NCBI GenBank assembly: GCA_963748815.1
Contig: CAVVKJ010000011.1
Coordinates: 32,001-96,000 of the forward strand
Length of the DNA stretch: 64,000 bases
Reading direction: 5' to 3'
DNA from: an uncultured Gemmatimonadales bacterium
GTDB taxonomy: Bacteria > Gemmatimonadota > Gemmatimonadetes > Gemmatimonadales > GWC2-71-9
This document shows, one piece after another, positions 1-9,315 of the stretch; positions within the stretch are counted from its first letter, which is position 1, and each line of letters opens with the position of its first letter. A model generated the notes under the pieces. The model ran no database searches. It was given only the letters and a program-made list of their open reading frames with translations, and was not told where the DNA came from. Both the position numbers and the translations under genes were made by a program.

Positions 1-494
1 GCAGCGACGGCCTGATCCTGATGGGGGTGCCAGTCGGGCGCCTGCTGGGGCGCGACGGCCTCTCCGGCGCGGCTGCGCCGCGAGGGCCGACCGGTTCGAT
101 CATGATCGTTGTGGCCACCGACGCGCCCCTGTCCGACCGCAACCTCGAGCGCCTGGCGTCCCGGGCCGACATCGGCCTCGGACGCACTGGCGCCACGGCC
201 GGCAACGGGTCCGGCGACTATGTGCTGGCCTTCTCGACCAACCTCGCCGTTCGGCGCCCCGCCGGCGCGTCGCGGCTGGAATCGCCCGAGCTGGGCAACG
301 ATAGCATGAGTCCGCTCTTCGCCGGCGTCATCGAGGCCACCGAGGAGGCCATCGACAACGCCCTCTTTGCCGCCACCACCGTCACCGGCAACGGCCACAC
401 CGTCCAGGCGCTGCCCATCGCGGACGTGCTCGCGCTCCTTCGGCGACACGAGGCGCTGGCGCCCCCCCTTTCGGCCGCCCCCACAAGCCCGTAG
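1..494 (+). CDS. P1/DmpA-family (S58) aminopeptidase, 3' part (5'-truncated by window)
   Basis: Motifs GSIMIVVATDAPL, GNGSGD (autoprocessing G-S) and EATEEAIDNAL typical of DmpA; frame open from the window edge. Confidence 0.85.
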   Translation, partial: SDGLILMGVPVGRLLGRDGLSGAAAPRGPTGSIMIVVATDAPLSDRNLERLASRADIGLGRTGATAGNGSGDYVLAFSTNLAVRRPAGASRLESPELGNDSMSPLFAGVIEATEEAIDNALFAATTVTGNGHTVQALPIADVLALLRRHEALAPPLSAAPTSP

Positions 495-537
495 AATCGG
501 GAAGCGTCACCCCTTCGCCACTACCCCAGGACGGGCC

Positions 538-873
538 ATGGACCTGCTGCTCGACTTTCTGAAAACCTATTTCTCGCGCCTCGCACACCTCTGGCCATTC
601 GTGCTCCTCCTGGTCGGCGTCATCGCGGCCCTCGGGCTTCGGATCGGGCAGATCGAGAAATGGGCGCCGGCCGACGCGCTCTACTTCGCCTTCATCACCG
701 CCACCGCCGTCGGGTACGGCGACTTTCATCCGTCCAGTCGACGTTCGAAATGGCTGGCCATCCTCATCGCGCTGATCGGCGTGCTGCTGACCGGGCTGAT
801 CGTGGCGGTCGGCCTCGAGGCGGTGACGCACGCCTTCCGCGAAACCCACAGCGTCGCGCCGATCCTGCCCTGA
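538..873 (+). CDS. Small 2-TM potassium channel family protein (Ion_trans_2)
   Basis: TM-pore helix-TM with DALYFAFITATAVGYGDFHP; ATG at 538. Confidence 0.85.
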   Translation: MDLLLDFLKTYFSRLAHLWPFVLLLVGVIAALGLRIGQIEKWAPADALYFAFITATAVGYGDFHPSSRRSKWLAILIALIGVLLTGLIVAVGLEAVTHAFRETHSVAPILP

Positions 874-875
874 CC

Positions 876-1217
876 ATGGCCCATGACGACTCCCTCGGCG
901 CCCGGGTGCGGGGCGCCCTCGCGGACACCCCGGGGCTTTCCGAACAGCAGATGTTCGGTGGGCTCTGCTTCCTGGTCAACGGCCACATGTGCGCCGGCAT
1001 CGTCGGCCGCACGCTGATGGTGCGCATCGGCCCCGACGGATACGCCGAAGCGCTCGCCGAGCCGCATGTTCGGCCGATGGATTTCACCGGCCGGCCGATG
1101 ACAGGGATGATCTTCGTCGATCCGCCGGCCGTCGCCACCGACGCGGAGCTCGCCGCCTGGGCGGGCCGGGGCGCGCGATACGCCGGCTCCCTCCCTCCCA
1201 AGCCGGCCAAGTCCTAG
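876..1217 (+). CDS. TfoX/Sxy N-terminal domain protein
   Basis: MFGGLCFLVNGHMCAGI...LMVR and MDFTGRPM motifs; ATG at 876. Confidence 0.85.
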   Translation: MAHDDSLGARVRGALADTPGLSEQQMFGGLCFLVNGHMCAGIVGRTLMVRIGPDGYAEALAEPHVRPMDFTGRPMTGMIFVDPPAVATDAELAAWAGRGARYAGSLPPKPAKS

Positions 1218-1253
1218 GCGCGACCGATCTCCCCCCTCCTCTCCGAAGGCCAG

Positions 1254-2486
1254 ATGCCCCCGACCATCTCGCTGGACATGATGCAGACGGTCGCGTTGGC
1301 CGCGCTCGTGCTCTTTGCCGGGTATGGCATTCGTCGCAAGATCCCCATCCTCGACCGGTTCAACATCCCCGCGCCGGTGGTCGGCGGGTTCATCTTTGCT
1401 GCGATCGCCCTCGCCCTGCGGCAAAGCGGCACGCTGCACTTCGAGTTCGACACGAAGCTGCAGAGCCCGTTCATGGTCGCCTTCTTCACCGCGATCGGGC
1501 TTGGGGCCAGTCTCGGGCTCCTGAAGATCGGGGGAAAGCAGGTGCTGGTCTTCTGGGGCGTCGCATCCCTCCTCGCGGTCCTCCAGAACGCGGTCGGCGT
1601 CGGCCTCGCCGAACTGCTCGGCGTGAACCCTCTCCTCGGCCTGATCACCGGCTCCATCACGATGACCGGCGGGCACGGCACCGGGGCCGCCTTCGGCAAA
1701 CTGATGGAGGACCAGTACCATTTCCCCGGGGCCGTCACCCTCGCCATGGCGGCCGCCACCTTCGGCCTGGTGACGGGCGGCCTCCTTGGCGGGCCAGTCG
1801 GCACCCGCCTCATCAACCGATTCGGGCTGCGGTCCGCCGGGGGCCGTGTGCCACCGGCCGCGGCAGTGGCCGAGCACGCCTCCCTGGACGAGGAGATCGA
1901 CCTCGAACCCGCCGGCGAGGCGCCGACCGCCTACCTCATGCTGCAGACCCTCACGATCATCCTCGCCTGCATGTGGGCCGGGGGGATCCTCTCGGCGTGG
2001 CTGGGACAGTTCGTCACCCTGCCGGGATACATCGGGGCGATGCTGGTGGCCGCCGTGGTCCGAAACCTCGCCGACGCCAGCGGGCGCCTGCATATCGAGG
2101 AACGGGTGGTGGACGACCTCGGCACCATCGCCCTCTCGCTCTTCCTGACGATGGCGCTGATGTCGCTGCGGCTGTGGGAATTGCTGAATCTCGCCCTGCC
2201 GATGCTGTTGATCGTGTCGGTGCAGGTCGTCATCGTGGCGGCGTTCGCCACCTGGGTCACCTTTCGGGTGATGGGCCGCGACTACGACGCCGCGGTCATG
2301 GCCAGCGGGCACTGCGGATTCGGGCTGGGGGCGACGCCGAACGCGGTGGCCAACATGGAATCGCTGGTGGAGCGGTTCGGCAGCGCGCCGCGGGCCTTCC
2401 TGGTCGTCCCGATGGTCGGCGCCTTCTTCATCGATTTCACGAACGCGCTGATCATCACCACCTACATCAATTTCTTCGCGCCGTAG
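1254..2486 (+). CDS. gltS: Sodium/glutamate symporter
   Basis: 410 aa polytopic protein with IPAPVVGG, GSITMTGGHGTG and GFGLGATPNAVANM motifs. Confidence 0.92.
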   Translation: MPPTISLDMMQTVALAALVLFAGYGIRRKIPILDRFNIPAPVVGGFIFAAIALALRQSGTLHFEFDTKLQSPFMVAFFTAIGLGASLGLLKIGGKQVLVFWGVASLLAVLQNAVGVGLAELLGVNPLLGLITGSITMTGGHGTGAAFGKLMEDQYHFPGAVTLAMAAATFGLVTGGLLGGPVGTRLINRFGLRSAGGRVPPAAAVAEHASLDEEIDLEPAGEAPTAYLMLQTLTIILACMWAGGILSAWLGQFVTLPGYIGAMLVAAVVRNLADASGRLHIEERVVDDLGTIALSLFLTMALMSLRLWELLNLALPMLLIVSVQVVIVAAFATWVTFRVMGRDYDAAVMASGHCGFGLGATPNAVANMESLVERFGSAPRAFLVVPMVGAFFIDFTNALIITTYINFFAP

Positions 2487-2611
2487 GGCAAAACGGCGTT
2501 CTGGCGTCCACCGGGTTAGATTTCACCTTCGCCACGATCGCTGTGGCCGGTGGTGGCCCCAAGCCCCAATTCTGCCTCCGGTCCGTCTCTTCATCCTCGC
2601 CGGGGGAGTCC

Positions 2612-2950
2612 ATGTCCCTGTACAAGCCGCAGCAGCGCCATATCACGGTCCGCGACCGGGAACTGCACTTCGTCTCCTACGAGGCGCATCCGGCCGATCC
2701 CCGGCACGACGCCGATGCGGAGCCGGAGATGTGGTACCTGATGCGCGCCGGACGGCGCTGGGCGGTCATGCCGCGGAATCCGGACCAGCCCGCCGAGGAA
2801 ACGGACGAGCTGCTCCGCGTCTGGGCGGAGGAAAACGCCTTTGGTGACGAGGTGGCCGAAGTGAGCCGGACGCCGATCGCCGGCCCCCGGGTCCCGCGCC
2901 GCCGAACCGACAACTGGTGGGGTCCGAGCGAGGGCCGCCAGGCCAGCTGA
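2612..2950 (+). CDS. Hypothetical protein (112 aa)
   Basis: GGGAG RBS before ATG 2612; C-terminal part of ORF 989..2950; normal codon usage. Confidence 0.7.
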   Translation: MSLYKPQQRHITVRDRELHFVSYEAHPADPRHDADAEPEMWYLMRAGRRWAVMPRNPDQPAEETDELLRVWAEENAFGDEVAEVSRTPIAGPRVPRRRTDNWWGPSEGRQAS

Positions 2951-3091
2951 TCTCTCCCGCCCATCCCGGCCTGCCGGGGTGGGCGTCGACCCGCGGGCGG
3001 ATCCCTCGGGACTCGCCCCCGGCCCTTCCCCGCAGTATTCTCACTGACATACAGGCACCCCCGACCCCCTCCCCTCCGGAGTCAGCGCCCC

Positions 3092-4387
3092 ATGTCCCTT
3101 GACCGCCGCCGGTTTACCGGGCTTCTCGCCGGAATGATCGCGGGCTCCGCCTATCGGCCGGACGCCGCGGCGCACGCGTCTCCCGGCACGCCCGGCGCCG
3201 ATCCCTGCAATCTCCCGCCGCAGCTGGCGTCACTGAAGCCGATGCTCCAGGGTGTCGAGCCGATCACCGCCGCCGAGCGGGCGCGGCGAATGGACCGCGC
3301 ACGCCAACTGATGGGCGAACAGGGGGTCGGAGCGGTGCTGATGGAGCCCGGCACCAACATGACGTACTTCACCAATGTGCGATGGGGGCAGTCGGAACGC
3401 CCCTTCGTCGCGGTGATGCCTGCCCGGGGCGAGTTGGCGTTCGTCTGCCCCGGGTTCGAGGAGGCGCGAGCGCGGGAGGGGATCCCGGCCGGGGCCGAGG
3501 TGCGGGTCTGGCAGGAGGACGAGAGTCCCTACGAGGTCATCGCCGGCATTCTCCGGGACCGGGGACTGGCCGGCGGGACGATCGGCGTGGAAGCGGAAAC
3601 GCGGTACTTCATCGCCGACGGGGTGCAGCGGGCGGCGCCCGCGGCTACCTACCGGAACGCCGACCCGGTCACCGTAGGGTGCCGGTCAATCAAGTCGCCG
3701 GCGGAGCTGGCGCTGATGCAGCGCGCCAGCGACGTCACCGTGGCGGCGTTCGGCGCCGCCTTCGCCACGCTCCGCGCCGGGATGAGCCAGTACGACCTCT
3801 CCGAGAACATGACGACCGCCATGCGCCGCCTCGGCGGTTCGTCCCCCTGGGCGCTGGTGGGCTTCGGCGAGGCATCGGCGTTCCCGCACGGCACCTCGCG
3901 CCCCCAGAAACTGCAGGAAGGCGACATCGTATTGCTTGACGCCGGGTGCGCCGTCCAGGGCTACCAGTCCGACATCACGCGCACCACCGTCTACGGCACC
4001 CCGACGGCTCGGCAAACCGAGATCTGGAACCTCGAGCGCCGGGCGCAGGACGCCGCCTTTGCCGCCGCCCAGCCGGGCGCCACCTGCGGCTCGGTGGACG
4101 CCGCCGCACGGAAGGTCATCACCGACGCCGGCTTCGGACCGGGCTACGCCCTCCCCGGCCTGCCGCACCGGACCGGGCACGGCATCGGCATGGACGGCCA
4201 CGAGGCGCCGAATTTCGTGAAGGGCAGCCCGGTCATCCTGCGGCCGGGGATGTGCTTCAGCGACGAGCCGAACATCTCCATCTACGGCGAATTCGGCATC
4301 CGGCTGGAGGACTGCTTGTACATTACCGAGGACGGTCCGCGGTTCTTCGCGCAGCAGTCCCCCTCGATCGACCGCCCCTTCCCCTGA
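3092..4387 (+). CDS. Xaa-Pro peptidase (M24B) with twin-arginine signal
   Basis: DRRRF Tat motif; PHG, D..C...GYQSDITRT, HRTGHGIG.DGHE, SDEP, GIRLED metal ligands. Confidence 0.92.
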   Translation: MSLDRRRFTGLLAGMIAGSAYRPDAAAHASPGTPGADPCNLPPQLASLKPMLQGVEPITAAERARRMDRARQLMGEQGVGAVLMEPGTNMTYFTNVRWGQSERPFVAVMPARGELAFVCPGFEEARAREGIPAGAEVRVWQEDESPYEVIAGILRDRGLAGGTIGVEAETRYFIADGVQRAAPAATYRNADPVTVGCRSIKSPAELALMQRASDVTVAAFGAAFATLRAGMSQYDLSENMTTAMRRLGGSSPWALVGFGEASAFPHGTSRPQKLQEGDIVLLDAGCAVQGYQSDITRTTVYGTPTARQTEIWNLERRAQDAAFAAAQPGATCGSVDAAARKVITDAGFGPGYALPGLPHRTGHGIGMDGHEAPNFVKGSPVILRPGMCFSDEPNISIYGEFGIRLEDCLYITEDGPRFFAQQSPSIDRPFP

Positions 4388-4402
4388 GGAATGGGAGGAA
4401 CC

Positions 4403-4687
4403 ATGGACCGACAATCGTGGGCCCTGCTGATCCCCATCGTCGCGATGCTGATTCCCATATCGGCGATCGTCATGGGGGGCATTCTCAAGATCGTCCGGCT
4501 TCACGTGGAGGAGGCAAAGATCAAGGCGGGCGCCCTCCCCGACGGCGCGATGGCCGAACTCGACGCGGTCCGCGGCGAGATGGACCAGCTCCGCCACGAA
4601 CTGGGTGAGGTGCAGGAGCGGCTCGACTTCGCGGAGCGGCTCCTGGCGCAGCGCCACGATCACGAGCGGCTGCCAGGTGGCAGCTGA
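4403..4687 (+). CDS. Membrane-anchored coiled-coil protein (PspB-like), paralog 1
   Basis: GGAGG RBS; N-terminal TM, C-terminal ELGEVQERLDFAERLLAQR. Confidence 0.75.
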   Translation: MDRQSWALLIPIVAMLIPISAIVMGGILKIVRLHVEEAKIKAGALPDGAMAELDAVRGEMDQLRHELGEVQERLDFAERLLAQRHDHERLPGGS

Positions 4688-4721
4688 CCGCATCCCGACC
4701 CCCGCAACCGGAGAGTCATCG

Positions 4722-5084
4722 ATGCCCGCCCCTGGCGTACGCCTGTCTCCCGCGCCGCCTGTACTCGTCGCCCTGCTCCTGCTCGCCTGCGGCGGCAACT
4801 CCGGCATGCAGTCCGTCATGGAACATCCCGCCCCGGTGACCGCGCCCGCCCATTTCGTCCCGCTTGACTCCGCCAGTGTCATCGCCCCGGCCGACACGCT
4901 GGTCGGAGCCGGCTGCCTGACTCCGCTGACGGACGCGATTACCGGCATCCAGATCGTCCTCGTCCGGTCCGAGAGCGGACTGGGCGACTACCAGGCGCCG
5001 AGCAAGGCGTACGGGCTGCGGGACGACCAGCTCCTTCGGCTGGAATGCAACACCGGGCGGGTGCTCGGCGTCGTGCGGCGATGA
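4722..5084 (+). CDS. Hypothetical lipoprotein
   Basis: LLLAC lipobox; GGAGAG upstream; overlaps next start (ATGA). Confidence 0.7.
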   Translation: MPAPGVRLSPAPPVLVALLLLACGGNSGMQSVMEHPAPVTAPAHFVPLDSASVIAPADTLVGAGCLTPLTDAITGIQIVLVRSESGLGDYQAPSKAYGLRDDQLLRLECNTGRVLGVVRR

Positions 5085-5626
5085 ATGCACAGCTCGACGC
5101 GATCGCCGCCGAACTGCGGGAGGCGACGGCCCGACTGCATCGGCTCCGCGACTCGGTTCCGGCCGAGCGGTGGCCGGTCCGACACGACCCTGCCCGGTGG
5201 TCCGTGTCGGAGTGCATCGCGCACCTGAACCTGACTTCGGCCGCCTTCGAGCCGCTGCTGACCGTCGGCCTCGAGCAGGCGAGGAAGGAGCAGGCATCTC
5301 CTCGCAAGTACGCGCGGGGCTTCCTCGGCTGGGCGCTGTGGAAGATGACCGGGCCGGATTCGCGCGGCCGGATGCAGACTGCGCCGGGGTTCGTGCCGGC
5401 GAACTCGCCCGCCGCCGAGGTGGTGACCGCGGACTTCGAGCGTTGGCAGGCGGTCATCCTGGCCCTCCTCGCTTCGGCGGACGGCGTGCCGATCGACAAG
5501 GTGAACCTGATCTCGCCCTTCAACGCCCGGATGAAATACAACCTCTACGCCGCGTTCTCGGTCATCCCGCGCCACCAGCATCGGCACCTGCAGCAGGCGG
5601 AACGGGTGTGGAGCAAGGCTCCCTAG
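5081..5626 (+). CDS. DinB family protein
   Basis: WSVSECIAHL and HQHRHLQQA motifs. Confidence 0.85.
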   Translation: MNAQLDAIAAELREATARLHRLRDSVPAERWPVRHDPARWSVSECIAHLNLTSAAFEPLLTVGLEQARKEQASPRKYARGFLGWALWKMTGPDSRGRMQTAPGFVPANSPAAEVVTADFERWQAVILALLASADGVPIDKVNLISPFNARMKYNLYAAFSVIPRHQHRHLQQAERVWSKAP

Positions 5627-6141
5627 TCATCGTCGGTGTCGCCCCGCGCCCGGCCGGCCTCTCCGGACTCACCCGGTCCACCGGCGGTGAGCTGGGAGAC
5701 GCCAGGCGCCGAACCGTCACCATAGACCAATGATCCACCGGTGTGACCGACCTGGTAGCCCGCCACGAGGAGACCGACGGTGGCAACCGTTGCGACGGCT
5801 CGCGCCCCCCGGCCTGCGGCCCCGCGAACCAGTCCCGCGGCGCTGAGCGCGAAGACGATGCCTGAAAAGATCAGGAAGCGCTCGGCCGCCTCTTCATGCG
5901 TCTCGATGCGCTGCTCGCCCACGATGTCTTCAGCCCGTTCCTCCTGGTCCTGACCCGTCTCGAGGGAAGCCCAGGCGCTCAACGTCAGGGCACCGGCCAT
6001 GGCCACGGGAACAGCCCAGGCCCGAAACGGGGCCACGCCGCGGCGAACGGCCCAGAGCGCCCCCAGGGCGGCCAGGGGAAGGAACGCCATCAACACGATG
6101 GGGAAATGCACGACGGCAGGGTGCAGGGGATCAGGCAACAT
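5623..6141 (-). CDS. DUF2231-type membrane protein
   Basis: LHPAVVHFPI, HEE, GH.GG.LVY motifs; four TM segments; GGAGG RBS. Confidence 0.8.
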   Translation of the reverse strand: MLPDPLHPAVVHFPIVLMAFLPLAALGALWAVRRGVAPFRAWAVPVAMAGALTLSAWASLETGQDQEERAEDIVGEQRIETHEEAAERFLIFSGIVFALSAAGLVRGAAGRGARAVATVATVGLLVAGYQVGHTGGSLVYGDGSAPGVSQLTAGGPGESGEAGRARGDTDDD

Positions 6142-6197
6142 GGTCAGCCTCCGGTAGTGGGTTGGCTGACACGGTAGTGAATCGGGAGGGTCGGCAC

Positions 6198-6265
6198 CAT
6201 CCGACAATTGACGCAGGGCGCGCCCGCCTCAGCCCCTGCTCCCGCATCCGACAGTTGACGGAGGG
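6198..6265. promoter_or_regulatory. Two 21-bp direct-repeat boxes, candidate LuxR-family operators
   Basis: CATCCGACAATTGACGCAGGG (6198-6218) and CATCCGACAGTTGACGGAGGG (6245-6265), 19/21 identical, between divergent genes. Confidence 0.6.
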
Positions 6266-6271
6266 GCTGGC

Positions 6272-6805
6272 ATGGATGATCACGACGAACACCGGCTGAC
6301 ACGCACCGTCGCCCTTCTCCTGGCCATCATCGGCCTGGGAGGACTCATCGACCTGGCGATGGATCGGCCGACCCGATGGCTCTCCTTTCACGTGGTGTAC
6401 GAAGTCGCCCTCGTGCTCGGCTCTCTCGCCACCGCGTTCTGGCTGGCGCGCGGCTGGGGGAGCGCCGCCGCCACCAACCGCGCGCTCCGGCAGAGCCTGA
6501 CCGAGCGACAGGCGGAGCGGGATGCCTGGCGCGCCAGCGCGGAACAGGCCCTCGCCGGGCTGGGGGCGGCCATCGACGCACAGTTTGCCGCGTGGGGACT
6601 GACCCCGGCCGAGCGGGAGGTCGCGCTGCTGGTGCTCAAGGGACACGGGCACAAGGAGATTGCCGTCCGCACCGGCCGGAGCGAGCGGACCGTCCGGCAA
6701 CACGCGGCCGCGGCCTATGGCAAGGCCGGCCTCGGCGGGCGGGCGGAGCTGGCGGCGTTCTTTCTGGAGGGGGTCGCGCTTCCGCCGGGGGGCACGCCCA
6801 CCTGA
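6272..6805 (+). CDS. LuxR C-terminal HTH regulator with two N-terminal TM helices
   Basis: WGLTPAEREVALLVLKG...KEIA...SERTVRQH...YGKAG. Confidence 0.88.
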   Translation: MDDHDEHRLTRTVALLLAIIGLGGLIDLAMDRPTRWLSFHVVYEVALVLGSLATAFWLARGWGSAAATNRALRQSLTERQAERDAWRASAEQALAGLGAAIDAQFAAWGLTPAEREVALLVLKGHGHKEIAVRTGRSERTVRQHAAAAYGKAGLGGRAELAAFFLEGVALPPGGTPT

Positions 6806-6877
6806 GGAAGTTCGTTGACGGAACTTACGGCCGGGCTCCGTAGGGTCCGGGCCGGCAACCCTGCTTCGAGGTGGACC

Positions 6878-7201
6878 ATGCGCTGGAATCCCAAGATCTG
6901 GACCCCGATCGCGCAAGTCTTGACGGTGGTCAACGTGGCGGCCGTCTACTTCGCGGCGGAGGCCGCGGAGCCCTGGCACGCCGTGCTGCACGCGGCGCTC
7001 GGCGTCGCCTTCCTCCTCTGGGCCGAGCGGCTTCGCGCCCGCGCGACACGAGCCCTCCTCGAGGAGGAATTGGGCCAGCCGGAATTGATGCCGGGAGAAA
7101 TGGACCACGTCCGGAACGAGCTGGCCGAGGTGCAGGAGCGGCTCGACTTCGCCGAGCGGATGCTGGCGCAGCGACGCGAGCCCGAACAGGAGCGGTCATG
7201 A
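6878..7201 (+). CDS. Membrane-anchored coiled-coil protein, paralog 2
   Basis: Two TM segments then ELAEVQERLDFAERMLAQR; GAGG RBS. Confidence 0.75.
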   Translation: MRWNPKIWTPIAQVLTVVNVAAVYFAAEAAEPWHAVLHAALGVAFLLWAERLRARATRALLEEELGQPELMPGEMDHVRNELAEVQERLDFAERMLAQRREPEQERS

Positions 7202-7656
7202 CAATTCACCTGTCCCTTCTCACCGCCTTCTGCCTCGGGCTGACGGCGGCAGCCAGCGCGCAAACCAAGGTCGCGATGTCGCCCGATGCGGAGGGGGTGA
7301 CCCTCGCCGCGCGCGACTATATCGAGGCGTTCTATGAAGGGGATTCCACCAAGATCGTCCGCAGCGTCAGCCCGACGGTGGTCAAGTATGGGTATTACAT
7401 CCCGCGGGGCGACTCGACCTACCACGGCGAGGGGATGAGCTACGCCGGGATGCTGGATTACGTGCGGAAGGTCAAGGCGAGCGGGCGGTCGACCCCGGCC
7501 AGCGCCCCCCGCGAGGTGGTGCTCCTGGAGGTGCTCGACCAGGTCGCGGCGGCCAAGGTGGTGGCGTGGTGGGGGACGGACTTCCTGCACCTGGCCAGGA
7601 TCGACGGCCGGTGGATGATCACCCAGGTGATCTGGCAGACGCCGCCCAGGTCCTAG
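7198..7656 (+). CDS. Secreted NTF2-like (putative lumazine-binding) protein
   Basis: Signal peptide ASA|Q; DYIEAFYEGD, AAAKV..WWGTDFLHL.RIDG.W.I. Confidence 0.8.
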   Translation: MTIHLSLLTAFCLGLTAAASAQTKVAMSPDAEGVTLAARDYIEAFYEGDSTKIVRSVSPTVVKYGYYIPRGDSTYHGEGMSYAGMLDYVRKVKASGRSTPASAPREVVLLEVLDQVAAAKVVAWWGTDFLHLARIDGRWMITQVIWQTPPRS

Positions 7657-7806
7657 AAACACAACGCCCGTCCAGTGTGTGGTCACCGGGCGGGTCGATG
7701 GTTCTTGGCAGTTTGATCACCCGGTCTGCTCTGCTACCCCGGGGCCCGAAGGCTATGTCGATTGGCCTGAAGGTAATGGGTCACCCCCCAAAACGCCAGT
7801 GGCGAG

Positions 7807-7835
7807 TTGTCCCCGCCCCGCCGAGGGCCTATCCT
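7807..7835 (+). promoter_or_regulatory. Sigma70-type promoter of the DEAD-box helicase
   Basis: TTGTCC-N17-TATCCT, about 100 nt upstream of the GTG start. Confidence 0.5.
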
Positions 7836-7939
7836 TCGCCCCGGCGGCCCCCCGGTCGCCCATCTACCGTCGACCGCATCGGCAGCCCCCGTCTCTGGAA
7901 AGGCCCCCACCGCGGTTGCGCTCTTCAGCAAGGAACGCC

Positions 7940-9280
7940 GTGCCTTTCGCCGCTCTGAACCTTCATCCGAACCTGCTCAAGGGCATCAAGGAACTCGGAT
8001 TCACCCGTCCCACGCCGATCCAGGCCGACTCGATTCCCCCGGCGCTCGCCGGGCGGGATCTCCTGGCCTGCGCCATGACCGGCAGCGGCAAGACCGCCGC
8101 CTTCGTCCTCCCCATCCTGCAGCGGCTCATGGACTCGAAGCGGGGCACCACCCGCGCCCTGATCCTGAGCCCGACGCGCGAGCTCGCGCTCCAGATCCTG
8201 GAAGACATCAACGACCTCGCGACCCACACCCCGGTCACCGCCGCCGCCGTCTACGGCGGGGTGGGGATGGGGCCGCAGGAGCACGCGCTGCGGAGCGGGG
8301 CGGACATCATCGTCGCGACGCCGGGCCGACTGCTCGACCACATGAAGCAGCCCTACGCCAAGTTTGCCGGGCTCGAGGTCCTCGTCCTCGACGAGGCCGA
8401 CCGGATGCTCGACATGGGATTCCTCCCCGACATCAAGCGCATCATGCGCCATATCCCGGCCAAGCGTCAGACGCTTTTCTTCAGCGCCACGATGCCGGGC
8501 CCCATCGCCGCCCTGACCCGGGAGCTGTTGAACGACCCGGCCCTGATCAACCAGGCCCGGAAGTCGGCCCCGGCCATCGGCATCACGCAGGCGGTGTACC
8601 CGGTGCGCCAGGAGCTGAAGGCCGGGCTCTTCCTGGCCCTCCTCGCCAAAGGCGAGATGCGCGAGGCGCTGGTCTTTACCCGGACCAAGCACCGGGCCGA
8701 CCGCCTGACCAAGCACCTGATCCGCGAGGGCATCAAGGCGGAGCGGATTCACGGGAACCGGTCGCAGGCGCAGCGGACCGAGGCGCTGGCCGGCTTCAAG
8801 AGCGGCAAGTACCGGGTGCTGGTGGCCACCGACATCGCCGCGCGGGGCATCGACGTTGAGGAACTCGGGCACGTGGTGAACTTCGACGTGCCGAAGGTCC
8901 CGGAGGACTACATCCACCGGGTCGGCCGGACGGCGCGCGCGGAGGCCACCGGCGATGCGTTCACGTTCGTCTCGCCGGAAGAAGAGGGCGACCTCCGCTC
9001 GATCGAGCGCGCGGTCGGGAAGCGGCTGCCGCGGGTCACCATTCCCGATTTCGACTACGCCGCGAAGCAGAACGTGCAGCTGGAGGTGCCCCTGGCCGAG
9101 CGGATCGCCACCATCCGCGCCAAGAAGGCGGATGACCGGGCGAGGTCCAAGGCCAAGGCGGCGCGGCGCGCGGCGCACGAGGCCACCCAGGGGCGCCCCG
9201 GTGGCGGGCCGGCCAAGAAGTCGGGCGGCGGGTCGCGGCGCGGCGGTCCCTCGGGCGCGCGTGGGGGGCACTCCCGCTAG
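7940..9280 (+). CDS. DEAD-box RNA helicase (RhlE-like)
   Basis: Q motif GFTRPTPIQ, TGSGKT, PTRELA, TPGRL, DEAD, SAT, ARGID, HRVGRTAR; basic C-tail; AAGGA RBS before GTG. Confidence 0.95.
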   Translation: MPFAALNLHPNLLKGIKELGFTRPTPIQADSIPPALAGRDLLACAMTGSGKTAAFVLPILQRLMDSKRGTTRALILSPTRELALQILEDINDLATHTPVTAAAVYGGVGMGPQEHALRSGADIIVATPGRLLDHMKQPYAKFAGLEVLVLDEADRMLDMGFLPDIKRIMRHIPAKRQTLFFSATMPGPIAALTRELLNDPALINQARKSAPAIGITQAVYPVRQELKAGLFLALLAKGEMREALVFTRTKHRADRLTKHLIREGIKAERIHGNRSQAQRTEALAGFKSGKYRVLVATDIAARGIDVEELGHVVNFDVPKVPEDYIHRVGRTARAEATGDAFTFVSPEEEGDLRSIERAVGKRLPRVTIPDFDYAAKQNVQLEVPLAERIATIRAKKADDRARSKAKAARRAAHEATQGRPGGGPAKKSGGGSRRGGPSGARGGHSR

Positions 9281-9315
9281 CCGTCCCGCCGTCACCCCAA
9301 GCAAGGAGGCACACG

